Source: Candidatus Heimdallarchaeota archaeon
GTDB lineage: Archaea; Asgardarchaeota; Heimdallarchaeia; Heimdallarchaeales; Heimdallarchaeaceae
Direction of reading: 5' to 3'
Assembly (NCBI GenBank): GCA_030603365.1
Contig: JAUVXV010000003.1
Coordinates: 192,001 to 256,000, forward strand
DNA: 64,000 bases
Below are positions 32,158 to 42,099 of this stretch, piece by piece. The notes beneath the pieces are model-generated. The model saw only the letters and a list, made by a program, of their open reading frames with translations. It was not told the origin of the DNA and ran no database searches. Both the position numbers and the translations under genes were made by a program. Position 1 is the stretch's first letter, and every line of letters starts with the position of its first letter.

Positions 32158-32784
32158 TTATAGTGCAACTTTAACTATCTGAGTCATAAGCTGGAAGAAT
32201 TCTTCAAGTTTTTCAAGACCTTCTAATTTAGCAGATAGAGTATTATTATTGATAGACATGAGTTTTATATACGATAGAAGTTCTAAGAATATTTTACTGA
32301 CTTCAGGATTATCAAGAATTTTATAAGCCATCTTTTCATTGTTTGTTCTTATTGTTACGAAATCACTAACACTCATCCCTTCATAGGAATCAAAGATTTT
32401 ATTCTTTGTTTCTTGTTTAACAAGTGTGTGTAAGAATAAAGGAAATTCCTCTATTAGTTCTGCATCAATATTTACATCGTTATCGCTTTCTAGAGCTAAC
32501 GTGATTTTCTGATAAACATCATCCTCATGTTCAGTAGGAAGATCAAATTCATATTGCATCATGAATGTAGATGCTTTTCTTACTTTAACCGCTCCAACAT
32601 TAGCTAGTTTCTGAAGTATTGCTTCTTCATCACTAGATAAAACCTCTCCCTTTTTCTCACTATAGTGATCCTTGTAATATTCTTCAGCGGATGTAATATG
32701 CTTTTTAGGACGTTTTTTAGAACGAAAGAATCGGGACATGAAATCAAGCTCTTGTCTGTTTTTCAGTCTTTTATATCTTTTCAT
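32158..32784 (-). CDS. Hypothetical protein
   Basis: 208-aa ORF co-oriented with the amidohydrolase; no motif recognised. Confidence 0.65.
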   Translation of the reverse strand: MKRYKRLKNRQELDFMSRFFRSKKRPKKHITSAEEYYKDHYSEKKGEVLSSDEEAILQKLANVGAVKVRKASTFMMQYEFDLPTEHEDDVYQKITLALESDNDVNIDAELIEEFPLFLHTLVKQETKNKIFDSYEGMSVSDFVTIRTNNEKMAYKILDNPEVSKIFLELLSYIKLMSINNNTLSAKLEGLEKLEEFFQLMTQIVKVAL

Positions 32785-32791
32785 CTACCAA

Positions 32792-33070
32792 CCTATGATT
32801 TTCTTGTGTCATATAGTCATGTTATGGTATTTTATAGAGATCATCATAGGCACTGGAAGATGACTGACTTACAGCTTGTACTCGCTCTAAGGGATAAATC
32901 ACGTATCCTCCCACCCCGCCCACACTTTTGAAGTGCTTACGGATCGCTTGTTAGTTCCCCATACATAGCTGGGAATATAGGAATGGATTCCATTTCTCTT
33001 GTACCTTGACCACAGTCCATGGTAGGAGGTGGTCTGCAAAGTCTACACGAGCGATAAACCCTGTTCCACT
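32792..33070 (-). ncRNA. Candidate structured non-coding RNA or riboswitch-like leader, family unrecognised
   Basis: About 48% GC (105/220 hand count, 32851-33070) in an AT-rich genome; many nested stems; several G-U pairs favour the minus strand; TATA element ~20-25 nt upstream. Confidence 0.6.
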
Positions 33071-33088
33071 AATTTATTGTTGGTTGCT

Positions 33089-33105
33089 CTATATAAACCC
33101 AGCAA
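33089..33105 (-). promoter_or_regulatory. Putative archaeal TATA box for the structured RNA
   Basis: Minus strand reads gggTTTATATAgag immediately upstream of the GC-rich block. Confidence 0.5.
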
Positions 33106-33371
33106 AAATGTAAGATGACTAGATGACAAAATCACATTCATAAAAACTCCAACAACATGAAAATGAGGAGATAGGTAAAATAGCTAAAGACATGTGGAAT
33201 AAAATCGAATTTGCTAAGAGAAAAGCGATATATCAAGACAGTCAAGAAGATGATTATCTTGTTATTGAAAAATTACTGGAATTCTAGATAAACAATAATT
33301 GATTTTTAGCAAATTAGAAAAGAGTTAAATGTTTGTTTCTCTTATTATTACCTTAATAAAGAGGAAAGGCT

Positions 33372-35843
33372 ATGTCTGATTTTGAACCTGAAACTCTTCA
33401 GAATCATGAACAATTGATTCTTAAAGGTGAGTGTAAACAAGCTTTGTTAAAAATCAACGCGGTTTTAGATTCTAAAGTGATTACAAAGCAAAACAAGTTG
33501 ATTTATAATATTCTTAAAGCCAAATGTCTAACAAAATCAGACAAATATTTCCAAGCAATGAGCTTCTTAGACGATATAGAAGATGATGTCAAGAATATAG
33601 GAACGGAATTACAGCAATTGGATTTTATTTTGATTAAAATTGAAATCCTCACTATTTTTGGAAAAACAGATTTAGGAATGAAATTGGTTAAGGAGGCTGA
33701 GGATCTAATTGAGAGTATTCCAAAAGATGAGACTAACATTTTGATTCACAAAAAAATTGATCTCTTAATTCTCAAATCTCGCATTATATCATTTGTTGAC
33801 GGTTTTACAGATAAACTTCATAAAGTGTTGGAATTAAGTCTTAAATTATGTGATGAGAGCAATTATGAATATGGTCAAGCGAAAACACTCGAAAGATTAG
33901 CTGTTTCTTACAAGGAGATGGGCAATAGGGATGAAGCAATTATCTGCACTGATGAAGCTTATGAAATCTGGCAACGTAATAATAACAAATTTGGAGTCGC
34001 CTTTACAACTTACTTAAAGGGATCTGTCACACTTAATACTAATCCAGAGTTATCAATGAAATATTTAGAAGAAGCTCTTAAATTAAGTGAGGAAATTGAT
34101 GGGCAATTAACTTTGTCAAAGATCCACAATGTTATGGGGATATTACTTTTCACGAAAGATGAAAGAAAAGAAGCTATGAATCATTTTGAAATCTCTTTGA
34201 AAATAGAAAGAGAGATTGGAAATAAACACGGCTTAATCATATTGTTGTATAATCTTGGTTCTATATACACTGGAAGAATGGAGAACGAAAAAGCATTATC
34301 TTACCTTTATGAAGGATTAGCTCTGACTAAAGAGTTAGATTTCACAAGACCATACTATCTAATCCAGTTTGCTTTAAATAACATCTATATACGAAAGGGA
34401 GAACTAAATCGAGCTTTGAACTTTCTAGAGGAAGCTATTAAGTTTAATGAAGAGAAAAATTTGAAAGAAAATCTTGCTTGGGCAAGGGGGAGTATGGCTT
34501 CTGTACAAACATTGAGAGGGGATTTAGATGCTGCACTTCAAAACTATTTCTTATGTCAGGAGTTCTATGAAAAAGAAAATAGAATAAGTAATGTTTGTGA
34601 TACTTTAAACAAAATAGCAGAGATACATCAGCTAAAGGGAGATTATAATTTAGCTTTGAATTACTACAATAAAAGCGAAGAATTAGCCAGAAAGACAGAC
34701 AATACCTACATTCTTGCTTATGTTTCTTATTATTTGATTAACTGTTATCTAGCCAGAAAAGAAAATGAAAAAGCAGAAAAATACTTAGAAACTTTACAGC
34801 AATATAATAGCAAATTAGATTCAAAACCGATTAGGGTAATGACCACCCTAGCTAAAGCTCTCGTATATAGTAAGAAAGAAAATTCTGCGGACAGAAAAGA
34901 AGCAAAAGAATTATTTGAATCTGTAATAAATGAGAAGGATATTGAACACAAATTAGCTGTAACTTCTATTTTGAATTTATGCGAACTACTAATAGTAGAA
35001 CTGCGAGAATCAGAGGATTTTAAATTATTGGAAAAATTAAAATCCTATGTAGAAAAACTACATCAAGAAGGAACAGCAGAATTAGCTTATCCTCTACTCG
35101 TTCATTCAATCTGGTTGCAAGCTAATATTTCTCTACTAGAATTAGATGTTACTAGAGCTAGAAGATTATTCAAGAGTGCACAAGTGATGGCAGAAGCTAA
35201 GGAAATGCTTAATCTAGCTAGAAGAATCTCTAACAATCACGATATATTACTAGGACAGTTAGATCTATGGGAACAATTTACTATGCAACTACCAACTGTA
35301 GCAGAAAGGATGGAACTAACTCATATTGAATCTGTTTTAAATGAAATGGTAAAAGGGAGAGGAATAGTTTTTCCTGAAGGAGAAGTCGAAATGGAAGAAC
35401 CGATATTAGTGACAATTTTCTCTGAAACTGGAGCTACTCTGTATTTAGAACAATTTGATCCAGAACTAGGTAGAGATTTAATAGAGAAATTTTGGTACTC
35501 AATTATATCACGTGTAAAAGAAGAGGTAAAAACAGGATCATTGGAAAGGATGATGTTTACAGATTATATCTGTTTAGTTAAAAAACTTGAATCATTATCC
35601 TTCTGCTACATATTTGTAGGACAATCATACGAGGGAATTAAGAAATTAGAAGAGTTTTCACAACTGGTCTATGGAACATCACTGGTTTGGGAGGAACTGG
35701 AAGAACTTTCAAAAATCGCTTTAAGTACTAAATTTGATTTAGAGACTATTGTAGCTTCAAGTGATAGAGACCAACCATTAGACTACTCAAGTCACTTTAT
35801 TTTAAATCAGTATGTAGATAGTGTTTTTTTGCGAAAAACGTAG
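33372..35843 (+). CDS. TPR-repeat protein with a C-terminal longin-like domain
   Basis: About 9-10 TPR units; C-terminus EEPILVTIFSETGATLY...YICLVKKLESLSFCYIFVGQSY (beta-beta-alpha-beta-beta-beta-alpha pattern). Confidence 0.82.
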   Translation: MSDFEPETLQNHEQLILKGECKQALLKINAVLDSKVITKQNKLIYNILKAKCLTKSDKYFQAMSFLDDIEDDVKNIGTELQQLDFILIKIEILTIFGKTDLGMKLVKEAEDLIESIPKDETNILIHKKIDLLILKSRIISFVDGFTDKLHKVLELSLKLCDESNYEYGQAKTLERLAVSYKEMGNRDEAIICTDEAYEIWQRNNNKFGVAFTTYLKGSVTLNTNPELSMKYLEEALKLSEEIDGQLTLSKIHNVMGILLFTKDERKEAMNHFEISLKIEREIGNKHGLIILLYNLGSIYTGRMENEKALSYLYEGLALTKELDFTRPYYLIQFALNNIYIRKGELNRALNFLEEAIKFNEEKNLKENLAWARGSMASVQTLRGDLDAALQNYFLCQEFYEKENRISNVCDTLNKIAEIHQLKGDYNLALNYYNKSEELARKTDNTYILAYVSYYLINCYLARKENEKAEKYLETLQQYNSKLDSKPIRVMTTLAKALVYSKKENSADRKEAKELFESVINEKDIEHKLAVTSILNLCELLIVELRESEDFKLLEKLKSYVEKLHQEGTAELAYPLLVHSIWLQANISLLELDVTRARRLFKSAQVMAEAKEMLNLARRISNNHDILLGQLDLWEQFTMQLPTVAERMELTHIESVLNEMVKGRGIVFPEGEVEMEEPILVTIFSETGATLYLEQFDPELGRDLIEKFWYSIISRVKEEVKTGSLERMMFTDYICLVKKLESLSFCYIFVGQSYEGIKKLEEFSQLVYGTSLVWEELEELSKIALSTKFDLETIVASSDRDQPLDYSSHFILNQYVDSVFLRKT

Positions 35844-35914
35844 AAAAATTATACTTCACCAACTTTATAAATTCGGAAAGCAATATTTCGTAATCATTGT
35901 GAAAGAGGGTAAGA

Positions 35915-36952
35915 ATGGATTTCAATATAGCTTTCATTGGATTTGGTGTTGTGGGACAAGGTTTAGCTGAAATTCTTGTTGAACAAGAACAATACCTGAA
36001 AGAAAAATATGATTTTAATTTCAAAGTGGTTGCTATCTCAGATACAATCAAAGGTTCTTGGTACAGAAGAACAGGTCTAGATCTCAAGAAATTGCTAGAA
36101 CTAGTAAAAGAAACCGGTAGCCTGAAAGGATATGCTGATGGTATTGAAGGATGGGATTCACTTAAAACGATTAAAGATACTAATGCAAACATAATTCTAG
36201 AAGTAGCTTGGACTGACTTGAAAACTGGAGAACCTGCAATAACTCATGTTAAAACTGCTTTAAAGCTCAAAAAACATGTAGTGATGACAAACAAAGGTCC
36301 TATCGCTTTAGCTGTTAGAGAATTATTGGATTTAGCTAAGAAGAATGACGTAGAAATGAGATATGAAGGAACAGTTCTGAGTGGCACCCCTGCATTAAAT
36401 CTGGGACTTTACAACTTAGCTGGATCTGGCATTACTAAAGCAAAAGGAATAGTGAATGGGACAACCAACTACATCTTGACTGAGATGGAAGGAGGACTAG
36501 GTTATGAAGATGCTCTTAAGCAAGCTCAAGAACTTGGGTATGCTGAAGCTGACCCAACAGCTGATGTGGAAGGTCATGATGCATTAGGTAAGATTGTTAT
36601 TCTAGCTAACACAGTTATGGGAGCTAACTTAAGCAAAGATGAACCACCTTGTGAAGGCATAACTAAAATTACTGCAGAAGACATAATTAAAGCTAAGGAA
36701 GAAGGATTTAGATGGAAACTTATAGCTGGTGCTGAACTTAAAGACGATGGATCAGTTGAAGCATATGTACGACCCGAGAAAATACCTCTAGATCATCCAT
36801 TAGCTAACATTATGGGTCCAACAAATGCTCTGACTTATACTACTAAATATCTTGGAGATGTTACAATTATAGGACCTGGTGCAGGTAAAGCTCCAACTGG
36901 TTTTGCACTCCTTGCTGACATTTTAGATATTAATAGAGTTTTGAAGGATTAA
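35915..36952 (+). CDS. hom: Homoserine dehydrogenase
   Basis: GFGVVG, TNKGP, NGTTNYIL, LGYAEADPTADVEGHDA, GPGAG. Confidence 0.95.
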   Translation: MDFNIAFIGFGVVGQGLAEILVEQEQYLKEKYDFNFKVVAISDTIKGSWYRRTGLDLKKLLELVKETGSLKGYADGIEGWDSLKTIKDTNANIILEVAWTDLKTGEPAITHVKTALKLKKHVVMTNKGPIALAVRELLDLAKKNDVEMRYEGTVLSGTPALNLGLYNLAGSGITKAKGIVNGTTNYILTEMEGGLGYEDALKQAQELGYAEADPTADVEGHDALGKIVILANTVMGANLSKDEPPCEGITKITAEDIIKAKEEGFRWKLIAGAELKDDGSVEAYVRPEKIPLDHPLANIMGPTNALTYTTKYLGDVTIIGPGAGKAPTGFALLADILDINRVLKD

Positions 36953-36971
36953 AATAAGAGAGCTGATAACC

Positions 36972-38759
36972 ATGGGATACACAGGTAAATTTCTTGAAGT
37001 CAATTTATCATCAAAGAAAGTACAAGAGAAACCTCTCAATAAGGACTTAGCAAAGAAATATATCGGAGGCAAAGGTTTAGGGGCTAGAATTCTGTATGAT
37101 GAACTCAAAAAAGGGGTTGATCCCCTCAGTGCTGATAATATTATCTTGTTCATGACAGGACCTTTATCTGGAACTTCTGTGGTGACTTCAGGTCGTTGGT
37201 GCATTGTAACTAAATCACCTCATACTGGTATTTTTCTTGATAGTCATATTGGTGGTAAATTTGGTCATAGATTGAAAAAAGCTGGATATGATTATATTCT
37301 AGTAAGAGGGAAATCAAAAACTCCTTGCTACCTCCAAATAAATGATGGAGAAGTAAACATTCAATCAGCTGAAGAACTATGGGGAAAAGGAACCTTTGAA
37401 ACTGAAGAATTTCTAAAGAATAAACACCCTAAATCCGAAGTTGCTTGTATTGGCCCTGCTGGTGAAAACTTAGTTACTTATGCTAATATTATGACAGATA
37501 AATCTCATATGGCTGGTCGTGGTGGTGCTGGAGCTGTAATGGGTTCTAAAAATATGAAAGCTGTTGTTGTTAGTGGTACCAAATCAATTGATTCAGTGCA
37601 TGAAAATTTTAAAAAATTAACAAGAGTATTTCGAGAAAAGGTAAGAGAGAATCCTGGTGTAAAAAACAGACATGAAATTGGGACAATGATGTGGGTGAAC
37701 ATGTCTAACGATGGAGGATTCCTTCCTACAAATAATTATCAATCAGGTGTTTTTAATGGAGCAGAAGCCATATCAGGAGAAGAAATGTTAGATAAACATA
37801 CTTACGGACATCGTGCGTGTTATGGTTGTCTGATCGCTTGTGGAAAAGCGAATAAATTCACTGAAGGGAAATATAAGGGATTGGATGTTGAAGGACCTGA
37901 ATATGAAACAACTGCTCTGCTCGGATCTAATTGTGGAATCAGAAATTTTGGTGCTATTGCTAAAGCTAGTCAGATGTGTGATGATTTTGGTATAGATACA
38001 ATTACAACAGGTTCTGTTATAGCATTTGCAATGGAATGTACAAAAAAGAAAATTCTTGAGCAAAATGATGTACCTAAACTTGTTTTTGGTAACGAAAATG
38101 CTATGTTGAAAATGATTGAATTTCTTGCTCTTAGAAAAGGAATTGGAGAACTTTTTGCACAAGGAACTCTTGCAGCAGCTGAAAAGATTGGGCATGGTTC
38201 AAGTGATTTTGCTATCCAAGTAAAGAAATCAGAATTAGCAGGAGTAGAACCAAGAGGATCATTTGGAATGGCACTAGCATATTCAACCTCAGATCGAGGA
38301 GGATGTCACCAAAGATGTTGGACACCTTCAGCCGAACTCAGAGGAGATTTGAAGAGATTTTCATTTGAAGGAGTTCCTAAATTTGTTAAAGACTCTCAAG
38401 ATGAAAGAGCTGCATGCTTCTCACTCGTTCTTTGTGACTTTTTACCTTTTGATGTTCCAGAAATGGTAGAAATGTTGAATTCAGCTACTGGTTTTGATTA
38501 TACTCCTGAAAGTTATTTAAAAGCTGGAGAAAGAATTTGGAACCTTACTAGATTGTTTAATGCTAGAGAAGGTATAACAGCTGATGATGATGTTCTTCCA
38601 AAAAGATTCTACAAAGAAGCTTTACCTGAAGGACCAGCAGAAGGACAAATTATAGATGAAAAGCTATTTGAAGCAGCAAAAGCTGAATACTATAAGTTGA
38701 GAGTATGGAATAAGAAAGGTCTTCCAAAAGGAAAGATATTGAGAAAACTCAACTTGTAA
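36972..38759 (+). CDS. aor: Tungsten-containing aldehyde:ferredoxin oxidoreductase family protein
   Basis: IGPAGEN, GRGGAGAVMGSKN, CYGCLIAC, PEYET, DDFGIDTI, DRGGCH. Confidence 0.93.
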   Translation: MGYTGKFLEVNLSSKKVQEKPLNKDLAKKYIGGKGLGARILYDELKKGVDPLSADNIILFMTGPLSGTSVVTSGRWCIVTKSPHTGIFLDSHIGGKFGHRLKKAGYDYILVRGKSKTPCYLQINDGEVNIQSAEELWGKGTFETEEFLKNKHPKSEVACIGPAGENLVTYANIMTDKSHMAGRGGAGAVMGSKNMKAVVVSGTKSIDSVHENFKKLTRVFREKVRENPGVKNRHEIGTMMWVNMSNDGGFLPTNNYQSGVFNGAEAISGEEMLDKHTYGHRACYGCLIACGKANKFTEGKYKGLDVEGPEYETTALLGSNCGIRNFGAIAKASQMCDDFGIDTITTGSVIAFAMECTKKKILEQNDVPKLVFGNENAMLKMIEFLALRKGIGELFAQGTLAAAEKIGHGSSDFAIQVKKSELAGVEPRGSFGMALAYSTSDRGGCHQRCWTPSAELRGDLKRFSFEGVPKFVKDSQDERAACFSLVLCDFLPFDVPEMVEMLNSATGFDYTPESYLKAGERIWNLTRLFNAREGITADDDVLPKRFYKEALPEGPAEGQIIDEKLFEAAKAEYYKLRVWNKKGLPKGKILRKLNL

Positions 38760-38769
38760 TTTTCTTTTT

Positions 38770-40281
38770 CTAAAATATAATTCCCCATTCGTGAAGAATA
38801 AAATTAGTATTTTTCTCATTCAGTGTCAACTGAGGTGGTAATATGTTATATTGGAAATATTTGTCTGAAGTAAAGAAATACTTGAAGAACAGTCGATTTG
38901 TAGTATATTCATTTGATGTAGTTAGTTGAAAGTTATAGTCAATCCACATAGAAGATAACTGACAGAGAATATGTGTTCCTTCTTCATCTAACAGTCCCTT
39001 TTCATAGAACCAATAATCAATAAAATCATCTACTTCATTTACATATAATCCTAATCTAAACAATTCCTCTCTAATGAGTTGAATTACTTCTGTTTTTGAG
39101 TAAACGAAGTCATCAATCAAGAAGTAATCTCCCATATTTTTTATAACCCACCCATAAACCAGATTATCATATTCAGTAACAATTTCTGCTTCGTAGAAAA
39201 GATAATTATAATAGTTCTCCTGATACAAGATTTGACTCTCAGGATAAACTTGAAAATCATTCCAACTTATACTATTAGACATTTCAACTTCAGGTATAGT
39301 CAAAGTAGCAAAACCATTAGGGATTTGCACCGTCAAACTATCAGAAAAGACTGTTCCATCTTGACTATAGAGATAAATAGCAGGTTTTAGGACTAGAGAT
39401 GTATATTTCCAATGATGTACTGTAATATTGTTAGTTTCTTCACGTAAATCAATTCCAACAATCGTAAAATTATCAAAGCTTGCTTGACTTACAGGTGTCC
39501 TTATAGCATACCAATAATCAGACCTATACTCAAAACTTATTTCCCCATAGTAAGTACTATTGTTTATTTTAGTCACGTTGAATTCATCTGCAATACCCAT
39601 ATTTAGAAAACCTGGAGGACCTCTATAAGTTGGACAAAAAATTACATGCATAGAAACTGGTTCAGTATCACAATAGCTATACCAACTATCATTATCCGGT
39701 TCATCCCAGATCACCGTAGTTTTGATATTTACGGTACCATTAAAGGTTGCCCACCAGTGAAGATTAATTTCATTGATACTGTTTGAGGTATTCAGTTGTT
39801 TACAAGTTAAAGAATCTACATAGCTGACTTGATTAATTTGACCAGGAACTTTGACATAGTAACGAGTGTTATTTTCATACTCAAAATAGGTTTCTCCTTT
39901 ATAGCCTTCCTCTCTATCATCTTCCAATCCTATGGTTGATTTTACTATCCATTTAATTGGAGGAGGATGCTCAAAGAAAGGAGCTCTGGTACTTGTGTAA
40001 TCAACAGTACAAATTTCTAAGAAGTTTGGTTTATTTGAGCCTCTAACATAAGCTCTGTTAAGATTAAGATTATATTTGTCACTAGGTTCATCCCAAATTA
40101 CTGTAACTTTTATATTGGGATTTACTAGTGGAGGTTCAACCCAATCTTCAATTTCTGCGATTTCATTAAAAAATCCCAAGTAAACAAATAGACCTATCGA
40201 AGATAGGAGCACTACAGCTGCTAATATAATAGCTAGAATCTTGACCTTAAACATATGCAATCTGTTCTCTTCTTTGTACAT
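38770..40281 (-). CDS. Membrane-anchored hypothetical protein with a duplicated N-terminal module and a KPxIYLY...EWG C-terminal domain
   Basis: N-terminal TM; NIKxTVIWDEP...GExxFEY...N.I..H.W occurs twice; KPAIYLY, YLFYE, HEWG. Confidence 0.7.
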   Translation of the reverse strand: MYKEENRLHMFKVKILAIILAAVVLLSSIGLFVYLGFFNEIAEIEDWVEPPLVNPNIKVTVIWDEPSDKYNLNLNRAYVRGSNKPNFLEICTVDYTSTRAPFFEHPPPIKWIVKSTIGLEDDREEGYKGETYFEYENNTRYYVKVPGQINQVSYVDSLTCKQLNTSNSINEINLHWWATFNGTVNIKTTVIWDEPDNDSWYSYCDTEPVSMHVIFCPTYRGPPGFLNMGIADEFNVTKINNSTYYGEISFEYRSDYWYAIRTPVSQASFDNFTIVGIDLREETNNITVHHWKYTSLVLKPAIYLYSQDGTVFSDSLTVQIPNGFATLTIPEVEMSNSISWNDFQVYPESQILYQENYYNYLFYEAEIVTEYDNLVYGWVIKNMGDYFLIDDFVYSKTEVIQLIREELFRLGLYVNEVDDFIDYWFYEKGLLDEEGTHILCQLSSMWIDYNFQLTTSNEYTTNRLFFKYFFTSDKYFQYNILPPQLTLNEKNTNFILHEWGIIF

Positions 40282-40382
40282 ATATTTACACTCAAACTCT
40301 TATAAATCTGTTTCAGGAATAGGGAAGAATATAAATAATAGTCAAACATGCTTTCGTTAATACAAATTCTGTTGAATCTTTT

Positions 40383-41963
40383 ATGTCAGATCAAACGCTA
40401 TCGATAGATGCTAGAAAACAACGAATTACAGCTCTTGCAATTATCTCTCTTTCATCCTTTGTTAGTGCTTTTATGGGTTCTGCATTTTCAGTTGCAGGAC
40501 CAGAGATGACAGATGATAGAAGTCTTCACTATGTTCCTGGGCTTGATGAAGCAGGAATGGGGTGGATTATCACAATTTATATTCTAGCAACAGCTATGCT
40601 TCAGATTCCCTTTGGTAAAATATCTGACAATTATGGTAGGAAAAAAATCTATCTTATAGGTACAATAATTTTTACTGCTTCTGCCTTGGCTTTAGGGTTT
40701 ATGAATAATGAAACAACCCTGGTTATCTTTCGATTTATTCAAGGATGTGGATCAGCTCTGGTTTTTGCTACTGGCACAGCAATATTAACTTCAATTTACC
40801 CACAAGAAGAGAGAGGGAAAGCTTTTGGAATAAACATAGGATTTGTATATTTAGGATTGACAGTGGGACCTTCACTAGGTGGTGTTATAGTTGAATTTTT
40901 GGGGTGGCAAGCGATATTTTTCAGCGTTGTTCCATTTGGGGTTATCATTGCTTTTCTTGTTGTTTTTGTTCTAAAAGGTGAATGGAAAAATGAAGAAAAG
41001 GAAAAAATAGATTATATAGGAGCATTAATTTATATCGTAACTCTGTTCCTTCTACTCTACGGTTTTAGATCTATCAATACAAGCTATGGCTACTATTTAA
41101 TTGGAGCATCCATTATAACTCTGATAGTTTTCATTTTTTGGGAAAGAAAGGTAGAAGTACCAATTTTGGAATTGAGACTGTTTAAAAAGAATAAATTTTT
41201 TACATTTGCAAATTTGTCAGCATTTCTTTTTTATACTGCTACATCCTCAACAGCACTTCTGTTGAATTATTATCTCCAAGATATCCTCTTTCTTTCAGTA
41301 TCCATGGCTGGGTTGATTCTCCTAGCTAGACCAATTGCACAAGCTATTTTATCCCCTATAGGTGGGCGTTTATCTGATAAAATTGAACATAGAACAATTA
41401 CTACAGTAGGTGTAGCAATGGGATTGATTGGATTATCACTACTAGTTTCAATTAACCAGCACACCTCCATAATATTAGTTATTTTCGGGTTGCTCTTTGG
41501 AGGAATTGGTTTTGGATTATTCTCCTCACCGAATGCAAATTCTATTATGAGTTCAGTATCAAGAAGAATGTATGGTATGGCTTCAGCTTTGGTAGGAACT
41601 ATGAGAACAATAGGTCAATCCATAAGTTTGGGTTTTGCTACTCTCATGTTTTCAGTAATACTTGGAAGGCCAAATAATTCTCCAATAGTTGAATTTAAAC
41701 GAAATATTTTTTCACCAGTAGTTGGAAAAATGAGTTTCTTTCCTACATTTCCTAATTTTAGAAATTTATATTTTCCACCAGCTTTTCCTGAACATTTATC
41801 TTTATCTCAACATAATCAACTATTACTATTAAGCATTAAAATTGCATTCTTTGTTTCTATTGGAATGTGTATTCTGGCTCTCTTCTCTTCATATTTAAGG
41901 GGAAAAATCAATTTTAAAACTAATAATTCATTGAACCAAAAAGATAAATCAGCAAATGATTAA
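40383..41963 (+). CDS. MFS drug:H+ antiporter (DHA2/EmrB-QacA-like)
   Basis: GKISDNYGRKK, RFIQG, ERGKAFG, GPSLGG, FSSPN; about 14 TM. Confidence 0.9.
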   Translation: MSDQTLSIDARKQRITALAIISLSSFVSAFMGSAFSVAGPEMTDDRSLHYVPGLDEAGMGWIITIYILATAMLQIPFGKISDNYGRKKIYLIGTIIFTASALALGFMNNETTLVIFRFIQGCGSALVFATGTAILTSIYPQEERGKAFGINIGFVYLGLTVGPSLGGVIVEFLGWQAIFFSVVPFGVIIAFLVVFVLKGEWKNEEKEKIDYIGALIYIVTLFLLLYGFRSINTSYGYYLIGASIITLIVFIFWERKVEVPILELRLFKKNKFFTFANLSAFLFYTATSSTALLLNYYLQDILFLSVSMAGLILLARPIAQAILSPIGGRLSDKIEHRTITTVGVAMGLIGLSLLVSINQHTSIILVIFGLLFGGIGFGLFSSPNANSIMSSVSRRMYGMASALVGTMRTIGQSISLGFATLMFSVILGRPNNSPIVEFKRNIFSPVVGKMSFFPTFPNFRNLYFPPAFPEHLSLSQHNQLLLLSIKIAFFVSIGMCILALFSSYLRGKINFKTNNSLNQKDKSAND

Positions 41964-42099
41964 AATTGAGGTCCTTTTTCAAATCTTTTTCTCACTTTGT
42001 TTGATATCTCATTGTCTATCTTTTTCTGGAGTTATTGTAGTAGATTCATCGTCAGATGTGAATACAATTGATGAATAAAAGTTGTTGAAAAACTCTCTG

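Noticed and set aside
32665-32931. 88-aa plus-strand ORF
   Set aside because: Overlaps a minus-strand CDS and the structured GC-rich block; composition is atypical
32850-33070. SRP RNA, RNase P RNA, FMN or cobalamin riboswitch, or IS605 end
   Set aside because: No SRP helix-8 motif and no RNase P GAGGAAAGUCC. GGGCGGGGUG is not followed by the FMN AAAUUCCC and has no IS605-type complementary arm or tnpB. The resemblance to the B12 box is only partial.
41680-41820. Pro/Phe-rich, weakly duplicated loop in the DHA2 transporter
   Set aside because: Falls in the typically variable loop before the last TM; the similarity is too weak to call a repeat
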